Shown here one piece after another: positions 40,321 to 54,303 of a DNA stretch of 64,000 nt. A program made the position numbers and the translations under genes. Under the pieces are notes generated by a model that did no database searches, was not told where the DNA came from, and saw nothing but the letters and a program-made list of their open reading frames with translations. Numbering within the stretch: the stretch's first letter is position 1; each line of letters begins with the position of its first letter. Source of the stretch: Antedon mediterranea (Eukaryota; Animalia; Echinodermata); the NCBI RefSeq assembly GCF_964355755.1, contig NC_092672.1, positions 12,648,001 through 12,712,000 of the forward strand, written 5' to 3'.

Positions 40321-43300
40321 TGTTGAAGGGCAGTATACACTTCGACATTGTGGTGGTTGCATTTATCTTGACAGGCAATGCATTTGTCATCCATAACGAC
40401 ACTAATGTTTTTATTTTGTTTTTTATACATTAAATATTTGTTGTTGTTAAGCATTTATCCCATGGATTTTTAGCCAACTATTGGAATACAAATAAATGAA
40501 CAGCACATAAGCAATCAACGTTCAACAAATTTATACTAAAATAACTCAAGATGTCAACTCTGCTTGAATTGTTCTAATGGACCAGGCTTAACCTGCGGGT
40601 GTTCCCTTGAATTTTGAAAGACGGATTTATCAATTAGCCAGTTTTAGTAACCAATAATCCGTGAAATTGTATAGATAGTCAATTCAGCGTCGACGAAGTG
40701 GAAACCATTGTTTTTTAGACATATTTCAGTGTAATTTATATTTATCAGTGGCATTAGGAACAACAGCATTCTGACATGTCATGTTTTATAATGCTTTTTG
40801 CTAAGGCCTTGGAAGGCTTTGCATGATTACCCCAGTCATTATGCTTGGGGAAAACAGCTTATGTTCTCATGAGCCATTAATGTTTGCGGGATAATTGCTG
40901 CATCTCACTCAAATCTCTCTGGCACCCACCTATGTAATGATAAAGAAAGTACATAAATAATAAAAGTAACTTATTAGCCTATTGCATCTTAGCATACAAA
41001 GAACTGCAATGTAAAGATTATTTATTTAAAAAAAACATGTGTTTTATAATAACAATTTGTTTAGGCTAATAAAAACAAAAGTATCGTCTGTTGGTCGGTC
41101 AGTCGAATTCTATTTTACTCCTCGTTATCAAAATGATTTACTGTGGAGAAAATTGCGGAGGTTGTAAGTTGTGCCATTCGTAGAGCACGTCCAACTTGTA
41201 TCAATCACGATGCACTTTGCTTAGATACTATGATAATCTATCTCAATATTATTGATGAGCTTTCTTAAGGGAATCGTTTGAAGGTACTTGTCTTGCCGTT
41301 GCACTTTGTGTCCATCTAAAGTCCCACGTCAACGCAGTTTAATAGAATTCCTGCTTTTAAGATACTATGGTTGAATGATCTTGGAATTTAATTTTCTCTC
41401 TTTTAATTAAGAACGACAAAATTACTAAGTGATCTGAATCAATTACTTTATAAATTACCATAGTACAATGATTAAGCTGAAGATTGACATTTATCATTAC
41501 ATTATTTTTTTAGAATAAATCAATTATAACCTCTTGTTCAAATTCAATAACTTTCATTGTCCAAGAATTCATATAGGCCTACAAACATAAACATTGAAAA
41601 AATAGAACATCAATCAATGCTTTTAATTAAAATACAAAATTATACTTAATATGAAAATTAAACTTTAATGTGGATAGTAGATAGAGAATGTGAAATGAAA
41701 CTCAATGTTCCATGGGTTTCCAACATTTGATACCAATATCTATGTTTATTTCAATTAATTTACGAAACGTGAATGAGGATTATACTATAATATATACATA
41801 CGAAAACTTTATTGAAATGAGTGATTCATTATAGTCTGACAATTTGCAATTCTTACTAAACGACTAAAAAATCGCTTCATAGGCCTATAAAAGTTGAATT
41901 AGACATTTAGTTTTCTAGATAAGTGTTTGTCTTTCGTTCATTTAGGCCTACTAATGCTATCTATACATTGGTAACCAAATAAACATGAAATCAAGACTAA
42001 ATGTCAATTCCTTTAAATACATCAGAAGTAGCCGATTCTCTCAGCGCTGTATCTCATACACGACAATATTTGTTCAGTAGGAGCATGCTATATTACTATA
42101 TCTGGAATTCACCAATCTTTACTTAACTGCATTAACTAAATCGAAATAAATTTCAATTTGCTTCAACTGAATAATTCAGAAGTTATGGTCTACTAGACCT
42201 ATACAAGGTTGTGGGTCAAATTTGAATTTCTAGATAAAAAATGTCACTTTTGAATATTTTGAATTTGCATTACGGATTTATTCACAATCTCCCGCAAGTA
42301 CGCATTTTATAAATATTATAGCGCACGTTTATTGTTGATGTACATATTGAGTTAAACATGTTTATAGGCCTACCACCCGGAATGGATGAGAGATGGTATT
42401 CGCTCTTCTTTGATACCACACGATGCCTCATGCCGGGTATTTTAAAGCTTAATTTTTATTTCTAAGCAGTGTTATGTATGCGTATTCATCTTTCTATTTA
42501 ATGGTGGATGCGCAACCAATCAGAGCTCACCAATGTTTTATTTGTACGACGTTATTCACCTAGTGAAAATGAAGCTTAACCTATATATTTTCACTTGATT
42601 TATATATCATTATTTATTATCAAATGGGCCTGTGTAATCCAATTTCCATTTCAAAGAATAACATGCCATGCCTACTGTACCGAAAATTAATAATACCGAA
42701 GACCAGCAATGAGTATATTCAATCTTAGATTTCCACAAATTTAAATCCCTGTGGCCATATTTTCAAGTGTCGTTTGTGTTCATCAATCGATACGTACCGC
42801 GGTCTATTGACAGTAAAGGCTTTCTGAAATTCGTCTAGGATATGAATTCTATCGACCACTTCCAATTAACAATACAATAGGCGCACTTCAATCTATTGTA
42901 TCCAACAAGACTATTGAGAAAAATAATTAAACTTTGCACGCGCCGGCCACAAGCAGTGTCGAGATTGTGTTATAAACCAAATGAAAAAGTGTTACCCACT
43001 TTCAAGCATGCGAATTGGATTTTTATGCAGTCGAGTGTAAAATTAATTTGTTATTATTTTTCTCTAACGTTACATGGGTTAAAATTACGAGTATTGTATA
43101 TTCATTTCATCAGCCCTTTTTGATAAGTTATTATTAAGAGGCTATTTCAATACATACGCAGCCTTGTAGAAAATTTGATTCTTTATTGCTAGTGTATTGA
43201 TACTCTTTGTAACAATTGTTACAAGGTAGGGTTAAACGAAGACTTATTATTAATGGTATTGTTATTTTTTAACAATTTCCTGCTGGAATATAATGCACAA

Positions 43301-46164
43301 GTGGATTGTAATCAAATCTACCGTAGACATCAACATGCACCGTAGCAATCAATTTTGTTTAATATTTGCTTTAAGGTCGGCTGAAATAGACAATCAAATT
43401 CCTACATGGTTACAAATAGCAGTCAAGGACTGCATTGTATTCTTGAAGTGCAAGGCCAACAAGCTGTAGAGTAGGCGTTATCAGACGTTTAATAATATTT
43501 ACGTAGGCTATACTTACTGGTTTTAAATAATATCATAGTAAAATTAGATAAACAGTTTGTTTTTAAATTCTTATTGTCATATTTATTTGAACTTTTATAA
43601 CTTATATAAATTAATCTGGGCCTACTAAATTTCTCTTATTATACCTACAGTATATTATACTAATTTTATTACTAATTAGAACAAAATGTAAGTTATCAAC
43701 ATAATTATCAACTAAATCAGAGGACACACTATATTATGACTGATTTAATGGCATTAAAATACCAAAATTATTACTATATTTGATATCAATGATTGCAATA
43801 CAATTTCATTGCGACTCTTGTATTTTCATTTTGCAATTATCTTGTTTTATTAAACGTTTATAACCTATCTATTCAATAATATAAAAAATGCAAATTATAA
43901 TTTCATCGAGTCAAATTTCACAGCTAAAAAGTAACAGTTAACCTTCAATGTATATTTTTAAATATCAATAATTGGCTGTATCTGCATCAGCTGTTAATAA
44001 TGATATTTATACAAAACAATATTTTCTTCTAGTGAATGAATAATAATTTTATTTCATGCATACACAATTTTTCACATTTTCATAATATAGGTACAAGTTC
44101 ATGATAAGAACATAAAGATGACAGTTTAAAAACTATGTCGTGTATATATTCCAGTTATGATATTCTTTTCTTATATTACATCCTATGTGAATATGATTAA
44201 AACTATCAAATGACACTAAACATCGTGAAATTCCCGAAGCTCAATTAAAGTTTGATGTATAGGTGTATTGTTTATGTCGAAGCAATGGGACTCAATATAT
44301 ACATTCGGTTTCTAATCTCATCTTAATGTGACTTCTGCTGGATAGTTTTATGCAATCTTATGCCCATTAAAAACGCCTTCGTTATCATTTATCATTCCCT
44401 GAATGCAATATTCGTTCTCTATTGAAGAGGCCATTAACTACTTCAAAAATACGCACGAAGCTCAGGAAAAATGCATAAGCTTCTTATACACAGATATCTG
44501 TGAGGCTGTCCACACATTAAACATCATACATGGCTGTCCTCATTATCGGATTGGCTTGATGGATGGCAGCATTAGACAATACAATGTCTATGTAAATAAT
44601 CTGTAGATATTATCCGTAGAAATTATCCATAATTGTATACGTTTCAGTTCTTTGTTTTTATGTATATCATCATGATGTTGATATTTTATTTTTTAGAATT
44701 CGAGCAAGAGGCACTAAATAGTAGTTAAGGGTAAATAGGACACTGTGAATTAAATAACAGGTGACCTAATGACATGCAAAACAAAGTAACGTGTGCCTAT
44801 AGTATGATGCGTCAATGTATTTACAGTTTCTGTTAAATTTTAAACATTAATTAAGAATACAAATTTAAACTATTAAACGAATCGAGAATGATACCATGTA
44901 GTAAAAACACAGGCTGTCGACATTGGATATTGTTACAAAAATACATTAATACTGTTAATGCAAATGTTATTATTATTATAGAATTATTCTTGACCTTTAT
45001 ATTGAAGCATACATTCGCATGGTTGTCCGTCAATACGTAATTGATTCGAAGACTGCGAAATTGATTCATGATGTTAAGCTATTAACAAAGTAGTTGAAAA
45101 GAATAGATATAAAAATGATTTATACTGCAGTGATTGACGTGCACTTTGTACTCATTTTGTATACACTCTTTTATAATAACCTAAATAACTGGCTTTTTAT
45201 TGAATATTAGCATACATATAACTCGCTATTTATAAAATATTAACATGAATAACCCATAAACATCGTGAATAATGCATTATGTGATTCCATAAGGATAACA
45301 TTTCATATGTTCTTTGTTTCTTAAGGTTAAGCATATCTTTATTACCATCATTGTCATACTATTTTCACTGCATTACTGTACGGACATATGCAGATACACG
45401 ATTAAAATTGGCTGCATTTTCCAGGGATAAGGGAGACATCGAAGTCGGAATACATGTAGAAATGTACCGATTTATATCATATAAATTAAAATACAAACAA
45501 GGGTATCAGAATCAAACAACTTAAAATGTCATGAATGTCAGGACTAGGTACTAGTATTCAGAAGGTGAAAGTGAAACTCTCCCAATACCATAATCTCTCT
45601 GAGAAATCAGACTTAATATTTTAATATCCAATCTATATTCAGTTTAAATTATCTTTTACCATTACTAACACATTTACAAATAACAGATTTCTGGAAATCC
45701 ATATATTAGGCCATGGGCGTTCATAGTCCAGTCCGAGAGAGTTGACTATACTAGAGGTTATACATGCTAAATTGATATCTAGCAAACGATAAGATAACAC
45801 TGGTGTAACTCCATTACAAGGACCCACAGCTTCCACATACACCGGTAGTAAAGAAATAAAAACAATCCTAAACGAAAAATTGTGCTCTGTGTTGAATTAC
45901 TGAAATCAATGAAAGTGCGTCCACGATTCCAGATCTTGGTCCAAATATTCTCCCAAAAATAACAGATATTGCAACACTAAACCTAGCTAGGACATTCGAC
46001 GCGAGCTACTTATAGTACATTGTTTCTCTCTGTGTGTATCATAATTTACCATACATTCATTCATTTGATACAAGAAATGACCTGATTTAATGTTTTTAAA
46101 GTAATATATGCATTAATTTTACAAAATGTCAAAAATTGTAGGGGGCTTCAATTTAAAGTAAATA

Positions 46165-46605
46165 GCAATGTTGTAATCAAGCTCTTTAAGAAAATAAACC
46201 CACACAAAGGAAATGGTCCGAGAAAAATCTCACCCGTCAACTAAAATAGTTAGCAGATGAACTCGGCCATATCACAATTTCAATCTTCCTTGGATAGTGG
46301 ACAATTACCACTAATTTGGAAAGCAACCACTATTGTACCAGTCACGAAATGTGATAAATCAAGAGCATCCAACTACCTGCCAATATTATCTGACAGTAGT
46401 AGGCTATGTTGTAAGCTGCTAGAACACACAATTCATAGTTCAATCATGGAACACTTGGATAGTACATATTATAATGTGCTGTCTGACCTGCAACATGGCT
46501 TTCGCAGAAAACGATCATGCGAATCACAGTTCATCACTACAGGCAATGACTTGTCGTCAGACATAGACAACAGACAAACAGACTTTGGTCCTACTAGACT
46601 TTTCC
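46165..46605 (+). mobile_element. CR1/L2-group LINE reverse transcriptase, 5' part, decayed
   Basis: KINPHKGNGP; FQSSLDSGQLPLIWKATTIVPV.K..KSRASNYLPI; CKLLEHTIH; LSDLQHGFRRKRSCESQ; ends at CTACTAGACTTT (LLDF). Confidence 0.9.
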
Positions 46606-46609
46606 GATA

Positions 46610-48881
46610 CAGTCGGGCAGCAAAGTGGTTGACCTCGCGAATTATTACCAAATCAAAATTTGAATTGCCGCCATCTTGGAATCGCGATAAAGCAAGTAGT
46701 GCGGAATTACAAAATGCAGCAAAAAAATGTTCAATAACATTTAAATAGCATATTCATACAATTAAATTTATATTAATAAAATTCAACTAAGGAGTTTACG
46801 AAAGATAGGCTACTTAAGAAATACTGCCGAGATCGGTTCCCCCACACGGCGTAGGGTACCGCAGTGCTAAGGGGCCTAGGTAGGAAAAAATCTGATTTTA
46901 CCCGTTAAACATGCTTGAACCAAGGCCATTTTAATATATATTATCCAGATTATATATCAAAACAAACTGATAAAAGGATTTGTTGATTTGCTTCTGATGA
47001 GAAAAGTGCCGGATTCATTTCGCTGACGGCGAATGAATACACAAATTTTCGCCATTTTCTAGCACTAGCCTTGGGTACCCAGACAGCTGATAACGATTAT
47101 ATTCGATTGTCCAGACGTCTCTGCTACTGGTGCTCAATACTACAGTATGTATTACCATGGACTGTACATATAGTACTGTATGTTTAGTTTTTCTTTCTTT
47201 ATGGCAAAATAAATATTTAATTTTTATTATTGCTTATTTTCCTTTAACTTTATCCAAGAAGTACATATTATTATATATATGCATATTACAGTCAAGTTGC
47301 AACTGGCACGAATCCACTCCACTTTGGTTACTAACTAAATAATTAATACAGTAGTATAACATCATATAACTAACAAACAAATTAACAAGTTAATAAATTA
47401 ACCACCATTAAATAATTTTATTTACACAAAAGTATTTTACATACAGTATAACATGTAATTGTAATATCTTGTTTACATCGAAGTAAAATATGCCTATCAA
47501 ACTATCTTGCTCAGGCTAAAATATCAAGTTATATATGTCAATATTTGAGTTAAATCATCGCGATAATAAACATTTTTATTTATTTTTTTATTTTTAAAGA
47601 CATCTGTTACGTCAATTTACAAATATCAAAATAGGATTGTTTTTGCAGCACAAGATGAATCACAAGTCGGATAGTTTATTCTTAGAAACCTGAAAGAAAA
47701 AAAACACCAATAATGAGCTATTCATAGTTAAATAATTTTAATGTCAACTTTAGTCATCCTAAATTGTGTCGCCATGATCACTACTACTATACTGTATATA
47801 TAAATATCATACTATGTACGACCATCCAAATTACCTCATCCTACCTACAGTCCTTCCTAGCCTAGGCTACATTATTGTCATTACAAACCTCCAACAGCCA
47901 CAACATATTTTCTTTTCTTTGGCAAAGAATTTCCCGTAATATAGTCCTAAATTAATTAAATAAATTAAAAGGTCTAGGCCTAGGACTTTCTTTAAATATC
48001 CGACGACATATATCCATAATTCAGTGGATATAGATTCAACATTTTAAACATAATATGGCTTCACATTGATTATAATAAGCCGGCGATATGCCACTAAAAA
48101 CTAGCCTGCGGTCCTCTCTATCCCTCTACAAATAGCACTGGGTTTCCGTCAAATGGGCTAGCCTAGGCCTAGATAATACAAGTTGGGTACATTTTTTTAC
48201 AACCAAATCTACAATTATATTGCAATATTTACCAAATTAGCACCAAATCCAAAATAATAAAGCTACTAATAACATATTTTGGTATATTAACTGGTTTAAA
48301 AACGGATTGCACATAGTGATTTTGAAGGATTGAAATTACTCAACCACACGGCCTGTACTAAACATACGAATCCAAGATGGAGTCTGCTTAGAATATATCC
48401 CCAGCTTTGAACGGATATTGAATCCGTCCCACAAGCTGAACCAAGCTTAAACTTTCAGAAAAGATAGATTAATAACCTAATAACCAACCACTAAGTTTTT
48501 ATAAAGGTTCCGTGCTGATGAGAAAAGTGCCGGATTCCCTACGAAACCAAACAAATAAATCATGTAGCCTACCTCAACGAACACCTCCATCTGCACTTTT
48601 TTCTTCAATAAGCTCTGTCGTCATTTCCTGGGCTATTTATACCAAAATTTTGTGGCGGGAATAATCTTCCATATTAGGAATAACAATTTCCAAATATAGA
48701 AAGATATAATTTAACCCGGATGGTGGAAATTGCAGCAGATTTGTAAGGGTATTCCCATGCAAAATGCTTGCCGCGAAGTGAAAAGCGAACCGGAAGTCAC
48801 TATAACTTGGCGATGCTCAGTGACCTGCGCAGTTAAAAAACAGCGTTTTAACGGTTAAATGAGCACTTTGCTGCTCGACTG
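46610..48881. mobile_element. 2.27-kb non-autonomous DNA transposon inserted into the LINE
   Basis: TIRs CAGTCGGGCAGCAAAGTG ... CACTTTGCTGCTCGACTG (17/18 match), ATA on both flanks, no long ORF. Internal repeat CTGATGAGAAAAGTGCCGGATTC at ~46995 and ~48515. Confidence 0.85.
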
Positions 48882-48884
48882 ATA

Positions 48885-49575
48885 GGGTGTGTAGAAAGCG
48901 ACGACCTCGAATTGGACGACCCCAACGACCCGGGCGACCTCGAATTGGACGACCTAGAATTGGACGACCCATAACACGAAACCGACGACCCCTATAGCCT
49001 AGCCTAGCCTAGGCCTAAGTGTGGTATAACATCCCGAAGCCGAACATAGCCAAATATCTTTAAACCATACCTTATATAATACTCGCAAGCAGGCAATTGA
49101 TTGAAAAAATACAGAAATATCGCCATTTGATACTGAATGTGTCGACACGAACAAACGAACAGATATGGAACGCCAAGAGTGCATCAATAAAACTGCATTC
49201 GACTCGATTAGCACACGAAATATAGCTATGGTGGTATATGTGATATAGCTCGAAATAGGTCAAAACGGTCCCTTTTTCAGCGGCGGGTAAGGTTTGACCG
49301 TATTCAATGCATGTGTGAAATGTAAAGCTTTCTTATGGCCCTCCCCATGCACATGTTCGCAACACGCTGCTTGATAGGCATATAGTGTTTGTTATAAGAA
49401 GACGAGATGTAATTATACGTCCATGGTTTAACCATGTAATAAATAATATTTATTTCTTTTTAATTTATTTTTAATATGTCGAATGCAGTTTTAATGATGC
49501 ACTCTTGGCGTTCCATATCTGTTCGTTTGTTCGTGTCGACACATTCAGTATCAAAATGGCGATATTTCTGTATTT
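48885..49575. mobile_element. Second element fragment with subterminal repeats and a ~97-bp inverted repeat
   Basis: GGGTGTGTAGAAAGCGACGACC followed by (GAATTGGACGACC) x3. 49107-49203 is a near-perfect reverse complement of 49478-49575. Confidence 0.6.
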
Positions 49576-50010
49576 AAGCCTATGGAATTAGAGGAATATA
49601 CTGACTTTGATCAAGAATTTTTTGCATGGAAGGTAACTGTTGGAGGAGAGTCTTCTCAACATTCTCCTGTGACATCAGGTGTGCCTCAAGAAACGGACCA
49701 TTATTATTCCTGGTATACACCTGTCTCTGTCTCAGCTGGATCACAACTTCGCTGATGATACTACAATCCAGGATAAACACACTAGCAGATGCCGACCAGT
49801 TACAGGTAGATCTGAACTGCCAAGAGTGGAACAAAGTGGATGATGATAACCCAGTAAGGTCTTCCTTCTAATAAAACGCCTCCAACCTGTAAATCAACAT
49901 ACTGTATTACTGTACTGTACAAAGAAATATGTACGTTTTCAGACACCATTCGTCTTGGAACAAACTACCCAAAGAGATAGTTAACATCACTAGAGGATTC
50001 AAAAATTGTA
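49576..50010 (+). mobile_element. Continuation (3' part) of the interrupted CR1/L2-group LINE
   Basis: AYGIRG / IKNFLHGR / VGGESSQHSPVTSGVPQ / GPLLFLVY / FADDT / DQLQVDL / TIRLWNKLPKEIVN-like segments, with deletions and frameshifts. Confidence 0.85.
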
Positions 50011-53000
50011 TCCCGTATGTTGACAAAATTAAAATCTGAAATAAAAATATGAAACGTGTGTAACAACAACAAAAAATGAGGAAACCCAGCTCCATAAATG
50101 GAGTAAGATGATGATAATGGTTAGTTCTAGAACGTGTGATCGGTGTTAGAGGACATTACCTGATGATACTCTGGCAAAGAGTCACAGGCTGCATCCAAAC
50201 AGAACATTATTTCTTTGTCCAAAACATAGCAAACATGAATCTTCGTTAGGACCTTGTTACATGACAACGAAATAAAAATAACAAAAGTAAAAGTTAAGGA
50301 AAGGCAATAATAACTAGAAGTAGTAGACCAATATATGTATATAAGAATTTAAAATAAAACGTCTTCAACATAATAATAAAATAATTAAATTTTGAATGAG
50401 CTTATGGTGATGATGATAATTTCTGTTTAAAAAAGATAGGTATATTGTTAGAAAGTTATTACAAATTAAAATTAAATGAAATTATATGTGTAGGACCTAT
50501 GCTATTGTAATGAAATAAAAATGGGACGACCCACAAAAGATGAAATGAAAGTGAATATTATAATAATTAATTTTCCATAGTTGTTTACAGTACCGGTAAC
50601 GTGTGTAAATATCACAAATTGAAAACAATTTAACTTAGAATAATGTAATATCAATTAATACCACTTTTTACTGTAATTCTAGAGCAAATAAATTAGATTC
50701 GTACTGCAGCCACCAACCCTAATCAAGAACATCTAAAATCCACTATTTAGGTTCAATTTGTTTACGTTATTGTAGTTTGTGATTTATTACTCTATTCATT
50801 GCTAATGTCAGGTTGGCGGTTAATAGTAATTGGCACGGTTGATGGGGACAATAAAAAAATGTTTAATCTTAAATCTTAAATGTCATTCTATACAATTGTC
50901 ATCGGTATTACACTATCATACCTTCATGAATACGTTCGAAGTGTGTAATTCAACAAGCTAAAAATATAGGCCTACAGTACACTACATTATTTTTATAGAA
51001 ATTATTAGAATATTAATAGAATATTTCTTATAATGCTTTGTTACATTAACAATATAGGTCGAAACTGAAGTTTTTTATAAATAGTTTTTTGAATTTTTCT
51101 AAAGTAACTGATAATATTATGTGAGAGTGAATTAAAATATGATACTAATAAATCTACTAATTATTTATTATTTCATAGAGTGTAATATTACAGTTATTAT
51201 TATCAGCCAAAGTCGAATCACATACGCAAAAAGCAAATTTCTATAAGAGCTCTGAGTAACAGTAACAAACTTAAATGTTGTATTTGTCTCAGTTGATTGT
51301 ATAAAAAAATACGTATCTTAAATAGAAAGCTTTGTAGAATAGATTTAACATAAATTTATTAACACTAAGCAAAGTGAGTTTTGTTTTATTTTATCCCATG
51401 TCGTTCGCATTGAATATTTATCGCAAGTAATAATGTTCCTAACGATTTATGGTGATGATGATTTGTGGGAAGGTAGAATAAAAGTGGTGATATCTTTACA
51501 TCATTGACGTAGCTCATTGCTGCAAGCAATCAGTTTAAAAGACTTTAATATATTGTGTTACTGAGTTAAGAAAGTTGGCATTTTCTTGTAGTTCATTTGT
51601 ATATTCAGTAACAACTTTGGCATGACAAGCAATCACTGCTCTACTGTCTGTTTTGGTGATGTAAAACTATCGAATTAGGTCTATTATAGCATTGATATAA
51701 GCATTTGAAAAAGTTTCAGAGTTTTAGATAACTAATTTCATTTAATCCAATTCGTAATCAATGTGATTATTTATGTGACATAAAATGGTATATTCAAAAA
51801 AAAATATTTCAGTCGAAAAATTTATCTTTAACTAAATGCAAATTTAAAATAAAATGAAAAATATTTCCATAGTGATAATAATAATTATACATGTTTTTGT
51901 TTTGAAATAGTAACCTGGTTTATTCGTAAGTGAAGAAGACTATTTGTGAATGATTAATGTTTTAAAGAGAGAATATATGTCAGCTATAATAACATGAAAA
52001 AAACACAAAACTACCACTATAAAATAATACCTTCAAGAATGATTTCATTTTTAATGAGATACACTCTTAGTGATCTACTCAGGTAGATCCAGGTATGTGA
52101 GTGTCCCTGGATGATGATCACATGACCAATGACGCATCTTTATAACAATTGATACGTTTCTATATTAACCGTTACACAGGCACTCTAAATAGCAGACGAA
52201 CTTAAGTATGTAAAATGATGAATACTGATGTACGACTTATCGGGACAGGTTAGTGAGGTGAATAATGGGAGAAGCGAGATCTAACTGAAAAACAAATCTA
52301 CACAACAAAGCATTGTCTGCGGGTGATTATGCATTTATGCGCAATGTGGACCCTCGATGAGCTCGCACCTGCTGCTTGATACTTTTCTCGGATAATAATT
52401 AAAGCAGATATGATCACATGGTTTAGATCTGTGACAATGCTTGATTAATGAGAATTGGAATGCAATGACATCTCATTCACTATCTCACAAATTATAAATA
52501 AGTAACGAAAATGCTTTAGTCTTGAAGTAATTATCAATAATGTAATATATTTTAGTAACTAATATTTTATATTAAACGTCTATTAGAAATTTAAGTATTA
52601 TTGAATAGTCATTGCCACTTTAAAGAGATGAAATATTGTATCATTTATTAAATTAGTAATTCTCTATTTTTTCTATTTTCACTTGAGTTAGGCATACATT
52701 GTTATATTAATGTACACATTTCATATACTTGCCGTTAAACGTAATCTTTCTAGTTGTATTTCGAAGCAGGCATTTACAATAAAGACATTTAACAAAAGTT
52801 TTATTTAACATTTATTATAATTAGAATCAAGTCTAGATTCAATAATTATGTTTAACTTAATAACCTGATTATCATTTCAAGTTGGTCTTTCAGAAAGCTG
52901 TTTTGCGCGTGAGTATTTTTGTTTATCAGACTTAAATTATCTTCAGAGCACGTGCCTTTATTGCTGAAACTTCATAATATCGTTAAAAGCAAAGTTTGAT

Positions 53001-54042
53001 ATTACGCTCTAAGAACATGATAGTTTGAACGAGCCGTGTGGAAACTAGAATGCATTGTTGTAGCACTTTAAATCTTCGGGCTAGTAACTTAACACCATCT
53101 TGAAAATCGAAGCCCACTTGCCGTAGTATATTCGAAAATGACTGGTACAATATGAAAGTGTAAGTGAATAATATAATTTTTATAATCATATTTAGTTATT
53201 TTTACAAAAAAACAATCACATGAAATTAATTATTCATATTCTTTATGACATTTTCTGATAAATCTTTAACGTAATAGCAAACAGGAAACGTACGTAATTT
53301 CTAAAAATCAAATCATAATAAGTATATTTATCAAAAATGATTTAATAACATAGTTATTTTGTTGCCTACACTTTTTTTTTTGTGCTATAAAATAATGCTA
53401 TAGAGATGTAAATAGATTAGTTGCATTATTATTATTTTAACTATTCGTTAGTTTCTGAACAAGTAAGAACCCATTGTTTTGAATCATAATCCTTCTCTTG
53501 GGTAAATGATAATAGATGAGCATACGTATGCAGTCTCATCGTGCTGATGTCATTATTAATTAAAACTTATTGCAAATGTCAGCGCATAATGCTAAATAAT
53601 TCAGTCATCAATTTTGTTACTCGAAACAATGCGATGGCTATAGAGAATATCATTTAGTGAATATAGTATTTATCAAGTATTATTCTTGTTTTAATTCGTT
53701 GCATAAAGTAATGCCATATGGTGAAATATGTATACTAATACGCTATGAAACTCATCAATGTAATTAATATATATGTACACCCAGTTTATTTGCCTTTTCG
53801 TATGATACAGCCCAGTGACAACAAACAGAAACAACCCGTGTATCGAATTCAGGTTATGCGACGGTAAACATAATATTACTTTGAGATGGCCATTGATATT
53901 AGTTATTACAGTAGAAACGCTGACGATATCAGTCAATATCTGCAAGAGTTGTTTAAATTGCACGCCGCTAACCTAGCGACGGGCACGCAAAACTTGTTCT
54001 AATGGAATATTATAAGCGGGACAATTTGAAGATTCTGTTCAA

Positions 54043-54207
54043 GTAAGTCCACGTTAACCAGACAACAGCTATGTTTTACGTCTATCACAAATATGTAGTA
54101 TAAAGTTGGATAATTTAAATTTTGAAACTGGATCTCAGTCAGTATACTTTTCGAATTTGAAGATAATTTGTAATGGTCTGTTTAGAGGGTTCTTTATTTT
54201 GTTGCAG
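54043..54207 (+). other. Candidate 5'-UTR intron of the second Ig receptor gene
   Basis: Donor CAA|GTAAGT at 54043, acceptor TTCTTTATTTTGTTGCAG| at 54207, TATAA at 54011. Not supported by transcript data. Confidence 0.4.
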
Positions 54208-54303
54208 CTTACTTATTGTAAAGAATTCGATCTGATATTTTGATCGGAGGTAGAAGAATCTAAATTGTTCGTTATTTATTCAGCAAGTAATAGAACTGGC
54301 AAT

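Noticed and set aside
21000-53900. Additional Ig paralogs or pseudogenes between the two receptor genes
   Set aside because: No Ig C-W-C patterns or QP.VYF tail motifs were seen in the ORF track or by eye. A frameshift-aware tBLASTn is needed to exclude highly decayed copies.
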